The notes under the pieces are model-generated. The model was not told the origin of the DNA. It saw nothing but the letters and a program-made list of their open reading frames with translations, and did not search any database. A stretch of 64,000 nt of DNA, taken from contig NC_047016.1 of the NCBI RefSeq assembly GCF_902652985.1, positions 41,540,001 through 41,604,000 of the forward strand, in the 5' to 3' direction. The DNA is from Pecten maximus (lineage: Eukaryota). The translations under genes and the position numbers were made by a program. How positions within the stretch are numbered: the first letter of the stretch is position 1; every line of letters starts with the position of its first letter. Of the stretch, positions 25,150-36,136 are shown piece after piece.

Positions 25150-28100
25150 TCAGTGAGGCCTGCCCACAAATGAGTCCGAGTTATGTCTAAATCTCTTCAC
25201 ATTCTTGTTACTAGGCCGAAGTAGTTCCTGGATATGTTGTACAATCAGGTCAATTGCCACTGGAAATAGAAAAAGAAAATATATTAAACTTCTCCCTACC
25301 CGACATAAATCACATATAGCAAGACATGGAGGCCTGACATTAGCTCCATATTTTCTCCCAAGCTATGAGGGAAAGAGCCAAAAAAAACTCTCCTGTTTGG
25401 GGTTGAAGGAGTGAATCTCAACTCTTTGTGAAAAGTTTTAAGTTGAAAAACAGTCTAGTTTCGGTCAACTCAAGAATCTTCTCTCTCCAGTTGAAGTACT
25501 CCTGTCCCATTCATATGGGGAAAATCTAATCATCTCACTACAGGGTTCAGGGGAGAACAATTATACATGTTTAACACTATAGCAACAATAAAATATGTCA
25601 TCACAGCAACACTTCAATAAAATAGTTTCAATAGGTCTCTACATAATACGTCAACTTTGCATAATTATACATATGTTATCAATAATGTAATATTCAAAGT
25701 TCTTATATACAGCTAAATCACAGCAATATAGCTGTCTGAAAGCAGTTCACAAATTATCATAAGGAGCTACCAGTCAATTTCTTTCTCATATCAATGTGGG
25801 GCATTCAGCCAGAGCTGTGATTCAATGCTAACATCTTGCACACGACCTTTTTTGGGCTGCCTTATCACACATACTCATTTACATCTGAGTCTACTGGAAC
25901 ACGACCAAATAATGCATCTTGTTCACAGATACAAAACAGTGCCTGTCTCTGCACTCAAACTAGTGACAGCCTATCATCCTACCACTGTGCCTCTGTGATA
26001 AGAGGGTACATAGGATAAGATTAAAATAATCATTTATTTTGTTCGGAATAGGAACCTCAACCCTTGTGGCCAGATCCTGTCAAATTGTCACATACTCAGC
26101 AAGCCCCATGTTTGTCATTTTAAGTATCTGCCTTCCTTGGCCTAGATTCCAAAGCTCAAACCTAAATGAGCGAAAGAAAGATTTAGATTCTGGTTGTTAA
26201 TTAGTCTCTACCTGTGTTATCAGCTCCTCGTGGTATTATGACATCAGCATACTTTTTTGTCTGAAAAAAAATAACACCAAGTGTTAATTTGATATCAAGT
26301 ACATGCATGTATCTTAATATCTATACACTGAAATAGTCTTGTTTTACTGTATAGAAAAGAATGCAAAATATTAAGATTGTGAAAAAGTGCTTCGGGCAAG
26401 AAAAATAAAGATTGCATTTCCATTCTGAGCAGAACAGAAATGATACTTGTATTGCTTGCTATTTTCATTCCCATTAGGAAATAAATGATAGACTATGATT
26501 AGATTCTAGATTTTAGATTCAATAATTAAACATGTCAATAGATATAGAGTCCCTATTAAACAAGGATACTCATAACTGATTTCAGGCAAAATTCATCCAG
26601 ACATACGGGACAAGAAGTGTTAACACAATGAGCAGAAAAAATGAATACAACACCATAGCATAATTTCACTAGTGTTTTGGATCAGGTGAGCCAAAAATCA
26701 AACCCATATCTTTTCTTCACAATGAATAGTTCGAACAAATAAAACAATAGTTCCCATGTTATGTAAAAACAATTAAAAGAAACAAAACGAAAATTCAGAA
26801 AAAAAGTTTTGTTAACATAACTTACAGGTAAACAGAATTCCTCAAAGGCAGGTTTTACTAGTGTTGTGTACTGGTGAAGGATTTGCTCTATGTCACGTCC
26901 TCTGTCACGCGTATCTCTTAATACTGTAAGACAAAAAAAATGTATTTATATTTATCAACATTTCTTGCAACAGGAAACAAGCATACTAGGTAATACAAAA
27001 GCAATATATGTCACTTACCAGCAAGTTTTATATATTTTGTATCTTCCTTTGACAGTCTAAAATCTAGACCTGAGTTGCTAGTTAATAATCTCTAGTAGAC
27101 AGTACCTTTCCTGAATAGTATATGGTGTCTTCTCACATAGCCAACATTCTGAATTTTGAGGTATACAGGTAAGGTATTTTGTTGGCCAAGTGATACTAAG
27201 TGTGAAAGGTAGAACTAAGTGAGAATGAACGGGTGTATCTCTGAACGCCAACATTTTGAATTTACCTGTAGGGCAGTTTGTTTTGATAGTGATTATAGTC
27301 TTTTTCCTAAAAGGAGTCTCAATGCCAACATGTAAATTTACCTGTAAAAATTACCTGATGATACTTACCTGGAGGTTAAATTAAGGATTTATAACCAAAC
27401 ATAATGCATTTATATGTATATCTAAAATATTCATTTTATCTGATATCTAATTTAAAAATGGCAATATAATATTATATGTGTGAAAATTATTGTATGTCCG
27501 GTTTTTTTATTTTTTTTAAAGGACATTTTTAATGCATAAACACATAAGATCCATTCCAACAGATATGATTTACACTTATCATCATCATCATCATCTTTCT
27601 AAAATATTTTGATTTATTTTCCATAGGTATATAAGTGATAATGCCCTGACGCTTGGTATCACATGGCCCTAACACATAATTGACCGTTTACATAACCAGA
27701 ATTTATAGATCTGCTTCCAGAAACATTTGAAAAACTCTGAAGTAAATCCATCCGACCCGGGGCCCTTATTATTCTTCATGTTTTTAAGTGTTGCAGCTGC
27801 CTCATTCAAAGTTATCATACCTTCTAAACAAGTTGCCTCTTCTTCATTTAATTCAGGAATATCATAATTTTCCCACTATAAACCCCATATAATTGTTTGT
27901 ATGAAGATTAAACCTCATGTAAAATAGCCCCTTGTTCTGTTATTATTTCCCCATTATCTCGCTGTAACTTTGGAACTACTTTTGACATAAAGTTCCTATT
28001 TTCTAGACTGTAAAAACAATATGTTGCTTTTTTCACCTTCCTCAATCCATAATGCTTTTGCCCTTATTATACTTCCCTTAATTCTATTTACTAAAATATT

Positions 28101-31100
28101 CTCTTATTTTTTCTTACTCAATTTTCCCTAATCTCCATTATTCTGACTTTCCATCTGCTGCATTTCATCTCTGAGATTGTTTTCACTTAACCTGCTTAGG
28201 TTTTTTTTAAAGATGTGTACAAAATTGTTTTTCCTATAATTTCAATAGCTGATTGTCTTTAACTAATTGTAAATATCTGTCTGGAATATTATTTATCATT
28301 TTAGGATTGTAAATAGGAAGACAATAATGGGCTTTTATTTCTTTTAGGGTATTATTTATGATATCAAGATAATTTTGGTCATGTAACAGTGAACTATTAA
28401 ATTTTCACAAACCTCTACCTTTTTTAAACTCGTTATATTTTATGTAATTTCTGGTAAGGAATGGTCAGATCTGTAAACGGAATATATGCATGAATCAAAA
28501 ATACTTGGTTATAAGCTTACAGATACTAAAATAATAGAGTATTACCTTACAAATACTAAAAAAATTGAGTCTTGCTTTTTCTTGGTCTACTCTTCTGACA
28601 TGTATTTCTTGAAATATCAGGATGTTGCTCTCTGAAGACATCAACTAAATTAGAATTCACTGAGTTTGTATTACTAAGAAAAAGAAGGATTTTGACCGGT
28701 ACCGGAGTAATACTTATAGTAAACAGTGTCTTCGAGTAATCCGAGTTCAGGTTAATAAATTTTGACTGTAAGTGATTATAAAAATCTTCAAAAGTTATAA
28801 ATGGCGTTTTGCTCTTGCATTTTTTAAAAATTTTACTACTATTAAAAAAAAAACAAAAAAAGGGTTTTTGCCGTAGGTGCTCCAGCATATCGCCCTCAAA
28901 CTGGCTATATTGCCTTTGTTGAGAGGTACATGTACATGTATATTCATTTTTAACTTTCTTTATATACATTTATGTTTCAGATATTTAAACTTTAATGCAT
29001 GCATGTATGTTGTAAGAAAATAGGGGAAAATACAATTCTGTATGCCGCGTGGAACACAGGTAAATCTCAGGTGACTGTACAGGTAAAAAAGACAACTTAT
29101 ATGAAGCAGTATATAATTGCCTTCCCATTGTTTCCTGAAACAACACCTATAGCTACCTATTGTTAAAAAAAATGTTGGCGTTCAGAGAACACCCCGAATG
29201 AACCGTACCTCATTATATGAGTACATAGACTTGTAGAACGAATATTCATACCCTGCCTACACTGCTCTCCGGCAGGACGACGACCATCTGTCAGAAATTG
29301 TCCGTCCGTCGTCCAGAGCTACGTTATCGCAGCTAATAGACTTGATGCATGGCTGACTACACCTTTCCAGGACAGCCTGGTGTCTAGACCTGGTTGTTAG
29401 TATATAACCCTGATACATGACTATACCTCTGGACAGCCTGGTGTCTAGACCTGGTTGTTAGTATATAACCCTGATACATGACTATACCTCTGGACAGCCT
29501 GGTGTCTAGACCTGGTTGTGAGTATATAGACCAGATATACCCGACTATACCTCTGGACAGCCTGGTGTCTAGACCTGGTTGTTAGTATATAACCCTGATA
29601 CATGACTATACCTCTGGACAGCCTGGTGTCTAGACCTGGTTGTGAGTATATAGACCAGATATACCCGACTATACCTCTGGACAGCCTGGTGTCTAGACCT
29701 GGTTGTGAGTATATAGACCTTATACATGACTATACCTCTGGACAGCCTGGTGTCTAGACCTGGTTGTGAGTATATAGACCTTATACATGACTATACCTCT
29801 AGACAGCCTGGTGTCTAGACCTGGTTGTGAGTATATAGACCTGATACATGACTATACCTCTAGACAGCCTGGTGTCTAGACCTGGTTGTGAGTATATAGA
29901 CCTTATACATGACTATACCTCTAGACAGCCTGGTGTCTAGACCTGGTTGTGAGTATATAGACCAGATATACACGACTATACCTCTGGACAGCCTGGTGTC
30001 TAGACCTGGTTGTGAGTATACAGACCTGATACACGACTATACCTCCGGACAGACTGGTGTCTAGACCTGGTTGTGAGTATATAGACCTGATACATAATTA
30101 TACCTCTGGACAGCCTGGTGTCTAGACCTGGTTGTGAGTATACAGACCTGATACACGACTAAACCTCTGGACAGCCTGGTGTCTAGACCTGGTTGTGAGT
30201 ATACAGACCTGATACACGACTAAACCTCTGGACAGCCTGGTGTCTAGACCTGGTTGTGAGTAGATATCCCAGATACACGACTATACCTCTGGACAGCCTG
30301 GTGTCTAGACTTGGTTGTGAGTATATAACCCTGATACATGACTATACCTCTGGACAGCCTGGTGTCTAGACCTGGTTGTGAGTATATAGACCCGATACAC
30401 GACTATACCTCTGGACAGCCTGGTGTCTAGACCTGGTTGTGAGTATATAGACCAGATACAAGACTATACCTCCGGACAGCCTGGTGTCTAGACCTGGTTG
30501 TGAGTAGATATCCCAGATACATGACTATACCTCTGGACAGCCTGGTGTCTAGACCTGGTTGTGAGTATATAGACCTGGTACATGACTATACCTCTGGACA
30601 GCCTGGTGTCTAGACCTGGTTGTGAGTATATAGACCCGATACACGACTATACCTCTGGACAGCCTGGTGTCTAGACCTGGTTGTGAGTATATAGACCTGG
30701 TACATGACTATACCTCTGGACAGCCTGGTGTCTAGACCTGGTTGTGAGTATATAGACCTGATACATGACTATACCTCTGGACAGCCTGGTGTCTAGACCT
30801 GATTGTGAGTATATAGACCAGATACCCGACTATACCTCAGGACAGCCTGGTGTCTAGACCTGATTGTGAGTATATAGACCTGATATACCCGACTATACCT
30901 CTGGACAGCCTGGTGTCTAGACCTGGTTGTGAGTATATAGACCTGATACACGACTATACCTCTGGACAGCCTGGTGTCTAGACCTGGTTGTGAGTATACA
31001 GACCACATATACACGACTATACCTCTGGACAGCCTGGTGTCTAGACCTGGTTGTGAGTATACAGACCACATATACACGACTATACCTCTGGACAGCCTGG

Positions 31101-34100
31101 TGTCTAGACCTGGTTGTGAGTATATAGACCTGATACACGACTATACCTCTGGACAGCCTGGTGTCTAGACCTGGTTGTGAGTATACAGACCACATATACC
31201 CGACTATACCTCTGGACAGCCTGGTGTCTAGACCTGGTTGTGAGTATATAGACCTGATACATGACTCTACCTCTTGACAGCCTGGTGTCTAGACCTGGTT
31301 GTGAGTATATAGACCAGATATACACGACTATACCTTTGGACAGTCCGGTGTCTAGACCTGGTTGTGAGTATATAGACCTGATACATGACTATACCTCTGG
31401 ACAGCCTGGTGTCTAGACCTGGTTGTGAGTATATAACCCTGATACATGACTAAACCTCTGGACAGCCTGGTGTCTAGACCTGGTTGTGAGTATATAGACC
31501 TGATACACGACTATACCTCTGGACAGCCTGGTGTCTAGACCTGGTTGTGAGTATATAACCCTGATACATGACTAAACCTCTTGACAGTCCGGTGTCTAGA
31601 CCTGATTGTGAGTATACAGACCTGGTACATGACTAAATATTTCAACAGCTTGGTGCCTTGACCTACTTTTGAGTATATCTAGACCGGGTTGAGAGTAAAT
31701 CTAGACCCAAATTGTGTGTATATTTAGACTTAATTGTGACGCCTGGGTGTTAATGCTATAGACCAGAGATATGACTTTACCTCTCCTGGACAGTCTGGTG
31801 TCGGGATCAGTGTCAACAAAAAGTTTCATGTGGAACATGTCTCTTATTTCCTTCAGGTAGAAAACAAGGATTCCTTCAAATAAAACTACATCAGCAGGGT
31901 ATATTGTCTGTGATTCTTCATCTCTGCAAATGAAAGTTGGATAACTTTGAGGTTGAAGAAAGCTTTTCTTACGATTTTTCATTTAACAACAGATACTAAA
32001 ATGAAATCAGAAATCTCATACATGTGGTTAGAAAAGAGACTGTAAATTTTGAAAAACAAAATATAAAACAATGATCAAGTTACCAAATAACATCAAAGAA
32101 AGCACATATGAAAACATATTCATAGAGGAAATATTGGGCACATGATATAGTAATGTAGCCCGAGTTTCCTCTGGCCCTGACACCAGACAGAGGAAACCCT
32201 GGCTAATAATTATGGTGAATTAACTTAAACAAATTTAAACTACTAAGCTTTACCTGCTGTTCCTCACATAGTTGTAATTTGGTATATGTACAGTCTTTCC
32301 TTTCAAAATGTCTCTGATGGTTTTTATCATGTAATCATGATCAAAGGCATCTGAAATGATAATAAAATATCTGGTACTATTACTACTACTATATATATAC
32401 TCCCGGTCATCCACTTTGTCTAAAACCATAATGGCTTATCATTAAACAAGTGACTTAATATGAAACAATGTTTTTTTTTTAATTATAAAAATGAAAATAA
32501 ATATACACTTAAATATCACAACATTGGAGTCTCAAAGCAGTTCACAAATTATTATCCGTGGCTATATCTTTATTGGGCCTATTTTTGCCTATTTGATAAT
32601 TGATTTCTCTAAAATAAATGATAAATTATTGCTGATATATGATACAATCTATGATGAGCAGGGTAGCAAATGATTGCTGTTACTGATTCAATTTGTCCTG
32701 ATCATGATCAGTCATGACATGGACTACTGTCTTAATACAATGTAAAAACTGAAAATATAACTGGAGTTACTTCCCCTTACAGATAAACTATTTTACATGA
32801 CATTTCCAGCACTACCCTATTACATACTCATTTACAGCTGCACAGAGTCGACTGGAACACAACAGAGTGAAGTATTTTGTTGAAGGATAAAACACGGACA
32901 GCAGCTTTGCTGAGATTTGAGCTTGTAATACTTTGATGACCAGCCGATCATCCTACCATTTGACCATTGGGCCTCTGTGTGAAGTTAGAGACTTATGTGT
33001 GATTATTCCATACATTAAATAGTCGAACACTATTATTAGCTAAAACAATAAACTGAACATCCACCTTAATCCACAACAACAGGAGCAGTACTTAAGTAAC
33101 AGGTCAGCATACATGGATATAGAAATATGTAGCTTCTCCTTCTTTTTATATCTTATAGGTTAATTATTACCTGGGTGATCAAAGTTGAACTCGCCACGGA
33201 GAGCCCTTCTCTTCTCATCCTCGTTAAGACTTCTGTAAAATGAATCCTGGCTTATGATAACGACCTGTCTCTGATTATCATCCACCTCTGTTTGACCAAG
33301 CTGTTGCATTATCTTGGCACATACTGATGACTGGAACACACAAAATAAAATAGACAATTAAACAAGTGATTGGTGAAAGGGGCCACCCAGGTCCTTATAA
33401 AGATCAAGGGACATCAACATTTTAACAGTTTATTGTACCACTGACTGGCAGTATATTTAGGGGATAGTAAGTTGTTTTGAGTGGCTATACTGGCGATTAG
33501 AACATGAAATTTGGTTTGAACTCGAGACCGATAGGTCGAGAGTTTAAACCAAATTTCATGTTCTAATCGCCAGTATAGCCACTCAAAACAACGTACTATC
33601 CCCATTCTAACACGTTTACGATCGCATATATTTAGAAACATTGTTTTACAGTGCTACAAGTACGCTGTTAAGTACTCTGTGACCTCCGTTAGTGACGTGT
33701 CATACTGTGGCGGATTGACCAATAAGAGAGAAGCTATCAAAGTCGGTCAATTGGCCACGCCCATACTGGCGAGAGCTCGGTCTGTATGTTAACGAAGCGG
33801 GGTATTTGGATTGTTGTGAAAGTCCTGTTTCCGAAGATTTAAAGACATATTTGGATTTACGCAGTATGCTTAACGACATGTGCATTTTAACAAAGTCAGG
33901 GTTGATGTGTTTCTACAGGCTCAACCGTTATGTGAAATTGTGTGCACTTGTTCCATTTCATTTCGGATTTTACTTGACCTTAGATGCTTACACACGGACG
34001 AAATGAACGTTTCAATCAATAAATGACGGTAAGAATGATGTTAACGATTTTTGTTCAATTTATTAAGTTAATTCATTCTATTCGATTTCTTCACTTTCGA

Positions 34101-35681
34101 TTACAATATCACGGGTCATCAATCATAAATGGTGCAGAGTGTTGAATTTCGCTACGAGTCGAACTTGACGCCATATTGTTTTGATTAGAAACGGGGCGTG
34201 GCTTAACACGATATGTCATGGTTCTATCGCAGATTAGAAGTCGGTCCGCAACCAATCAAAACACGCGTTGCAAACGAATCGTGTTAGAATTTACAATATG
34301 CTAACACAATAAGGCTTTCACAGGTTATCATGTGAAATAATCAACCATGCTTAAATGTCAAATATTATCTCAGTAAATATGAAAGAGGAGATCAACAGGA
34401 TCTATTTTCATTTTAAGTTCGAAATTGAACAACTGATAAAGTATCATATATTTAATAGTTCACAAACTAAACCCTTCAGGACTCTAAAGTCAGAAGAAAT
34501 CTTAGTTATATAAGTCTCTGGTCTGAACTAGTCAGGCACCCTATTCTCTCTATTCTACACTACTCCATCCTTCACAGTTAGGCTTTGTCCACGAAGTCAA
34601 CCACAAGTCCACAACCCAGGTTCTATAGCTCGAAGGATATGCCTCTCAATCTCCTGTGGCTTTCCCCTGGTGTGATCATGATCAATGATGATAGGAGTAA
34701 TGAAAAATACCCTGTCTGCATTGGGGTTCAAACTACAAAATAGTGACCTTCTTGTAGCGGAAATGGGCTTGGGTGAACTCTGGTGACCTGGAGGTAGCTC
34801 AACTGGTAGAGCATCCAGCTAGTGTTCAGAAGTCCCAAGTTCAGATCCTGGTCTGGCCGTGCATTTTTCCTCACCTATTACATTTGACACCCAACTAAAT
34901 ACCTATGGAGGTAGTATTTAAGGTCTTGTTGTGTGTCTTCAGGGTCAAAGACTTTGTTGAAGGAGGAGGAATGTAGCGGAATTGGACTAGGACATCTGGC
35001 TAGTGTTTAGAGGTCCCGTGTTCGAACCCTATTCTGGTCATGCATTTTCCCTCTCCTGTTACACTCTTGCTCTCAAGGCAAACATCCTACCACTAGGCAG
35101 AGACATATAGACATATATAATGTCTCTGCACTAGGCTAGAATAGGGAAAGTCCTCCTAGTCTGAGCTAGTAATAGTAAGGTGAATTATACACTCTCTACT
35201 TTACACTTGTAACAGACTCTAGCTCTAGTCACATGCTGCTTTAATTTGTTAATCTAAGACTAAGGTCATTATACACTCCAAAACAAATACATTTCCAATG
35301 GATTTGTAACAAAATTTAATCGTCATATTTAACAATCATGACTTCAAACTGGCACGACGTGTCTCCAAACAGTTGTTATCCTATCTTGTAATATTAGCAT
35401 ACACGATTTCGAGTCATGCTAGGACCTACTTATTTACAGTAGCTCATGCATGATCATGCAAGTACCCAAATTTCAATGTCCCAACTCAAGATCATAACAC
35501 ACTGCTTAGCATGGAGTATTACGACAACGAAATAAAACAATGGAATTAAATACGAATTTGAGGTCACCTTTCCTGATGCTGTTCCGCCAGCTACACCTAT
35601 CATAAATGGCCGTGGTATTCTATCCATTCCGTTTATCATTTGGTGAATGGACGAATCGCTCACACGAACAGTCGCCATCAT
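25150..35681 (-). CDS. UCK2: Uridine-cytidine kinase (UCK1/UCK2 family), ~256 aa, 7 coding exons
   Basis: Exons 35681-35568, 33330-33171, 32350-32254, 31923-31781, 26923-26826, 26260-26212, 25259-25150 (771 nt, phases consistent). Motifs: [18 protein letters not shown] (P-loop), [69 protein letters not shown], and C-terminal RPH* as in vertebrate UCK1/2. Confidence 0.95.
27231..29195. mobile_element. Non-autonomous TIR DNA transposon with 8-bp TSD in UCK intron 4
   Basis: TIRs GGGTGTATCTCTGAACGCCAACATTTT / AAAATGTTGGCGTTCAGAGAACACCCC. Perfect TSD GAATGAAC at 27223-27230 and 29196-29203. Confidence 0.85.
27530..28550 (-). mobile_element. Degraded L1/Tx1-clade LINE ORF2 fragment
   Basis: Minus-strand remnants YRSDHS (end of endonuclease domain), [41 protein letters not shown] and RQGIIT, with many stops and frameshifts. 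Boundaries approximate. Confidence 0.75.
29366..31700 (-). repeat. ~61-63-bp minisatellite (~37 copies) derived from the UCK exon 4 / intron 4 junction
   Basis: Minus-strand unit GACACCAGGCTGTCCAGAG|GTATAGTCGTGTATCAGGTCTATATACTCACAACCAGGTCTA. True junction GACACCAGACTGTCCAGGAGAG|GTAAAGTCATATCTCTGGTCTATAGCATTAACACCCAGG. Confidence 0.9.
33460..34290. mobile_element. Non-autonomous element with a near-perfect ~65-bp-arm terminal hairpin and 11-bp inverted repeats (Crypton-like architecture) in UCK intron 1
   Basis: Hairpin 33460-33603 (GGGGATAGTAAGTTGTTTTGAGTGGCTATACTGGCG... / ...CGCCAGTATAGCCACTCAAAACAACGTACTATCCCC). ATTCTAACACG at 33604-33614 and CGTGTTAGAAT at 34280-34290. The family name is inferred from architecture only. 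Confidence 0.65.
34753..35063 (+). mobile_element. Miniature LTR retrotransposon (TRIM) with tRNA-like LTRs (Helenus-type)
   Basis: LTR1 34753-34882 (TGTAGCGG...TTACA) contains A-box GGTAGCTCAACTGGTAGAGC and B-box-like GTTCAGATCC. PBS-like TTTGACACCCAAC follows. PPT GAAGGAGGAGGAA precedes LTR2 34972-35063 (TGTAGCGG...TGTTACA, A-box region deleted). Near-4-bp TSD TTCT/CTCT. Confidence 0.75.
35098..35128. mobile_element. 31-bp micro-MITE (hairpin) with 7-bp TSD
   Basis: CACTAGG|CAGAGACAT...ATGTCTCTG|CACTAGG. Confidence 0.7.
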
Positions 35682-36102
35682 GAGCGCGTTTTTGTTTGTT
35701 GCACACGCTTGGAACACTTTATATACTCCTCTTAACATTGAGTTAAATAATCTTCACGGCTGCAACTTAAGTCGGTCGATAAATATTCCATTCAAAGTTA
35801 GATAATTAGAGTAACTACAAATTCTCACGCAATCACAAAACACGTGGTTTTGTGTACATTTTACGACATATCTGTTCACATCGGTTCTGTTTTACGGTAA
35901 CTGGTTGTACTAGGGAAGCGCGTGGGTGGTTTGGTTTGGTTTGGTTTAGTTTAAACAATATTTTATTCATTAATCAAAATAATCAATACATATACAAATA
36001 TTTGTTTATGGGGTGGGGAAAACAAGCTTATAGAGCTGATATTAATTCCTTTCCCATTTACATACAAGGGCAAATATAAATCTTCGAACTGGAACACCTT
36101 AC

Positions 36103-36136
36103 CAGAGACATATATACAGATATATATATGTCTCTG
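36103..36136. mobile_element. 34-bp micro-MITE (same family) with 7-bp TSD, inside the CR1 3' UTR
   Basis: ACCTTAC|CAGAGACAT...ATGTCTCTG|ACCTTAC. Confidence 0.7.

Noticed and set aside
28556-28969. 137-aa ORF as a transposase of the TIR element
   Set aside because: No DDE or other recognisable motif, and the composition is low-complexity and AT-rich.
30793-31325. ORFs containing [10 protein letters not shown] repeats
   Set aside because: Translations of the junction-derived minisatellite. Unit lengths of 61-63 bp break the frame repeatedly.
29366-31700. CRISPR-like look of the 61-bp array (constant core plus variable part)
   Set aside because: The variable parts are point variants of one sequence, not unique spacers. 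There are no cas genes and the context is a eukaryotic intron.
34788-34856. Functional tRNA gene
   Set aside because: The stems are poor and it is duplicated inside TG...CA LTRs, so it is better explained as part of a TRIM.
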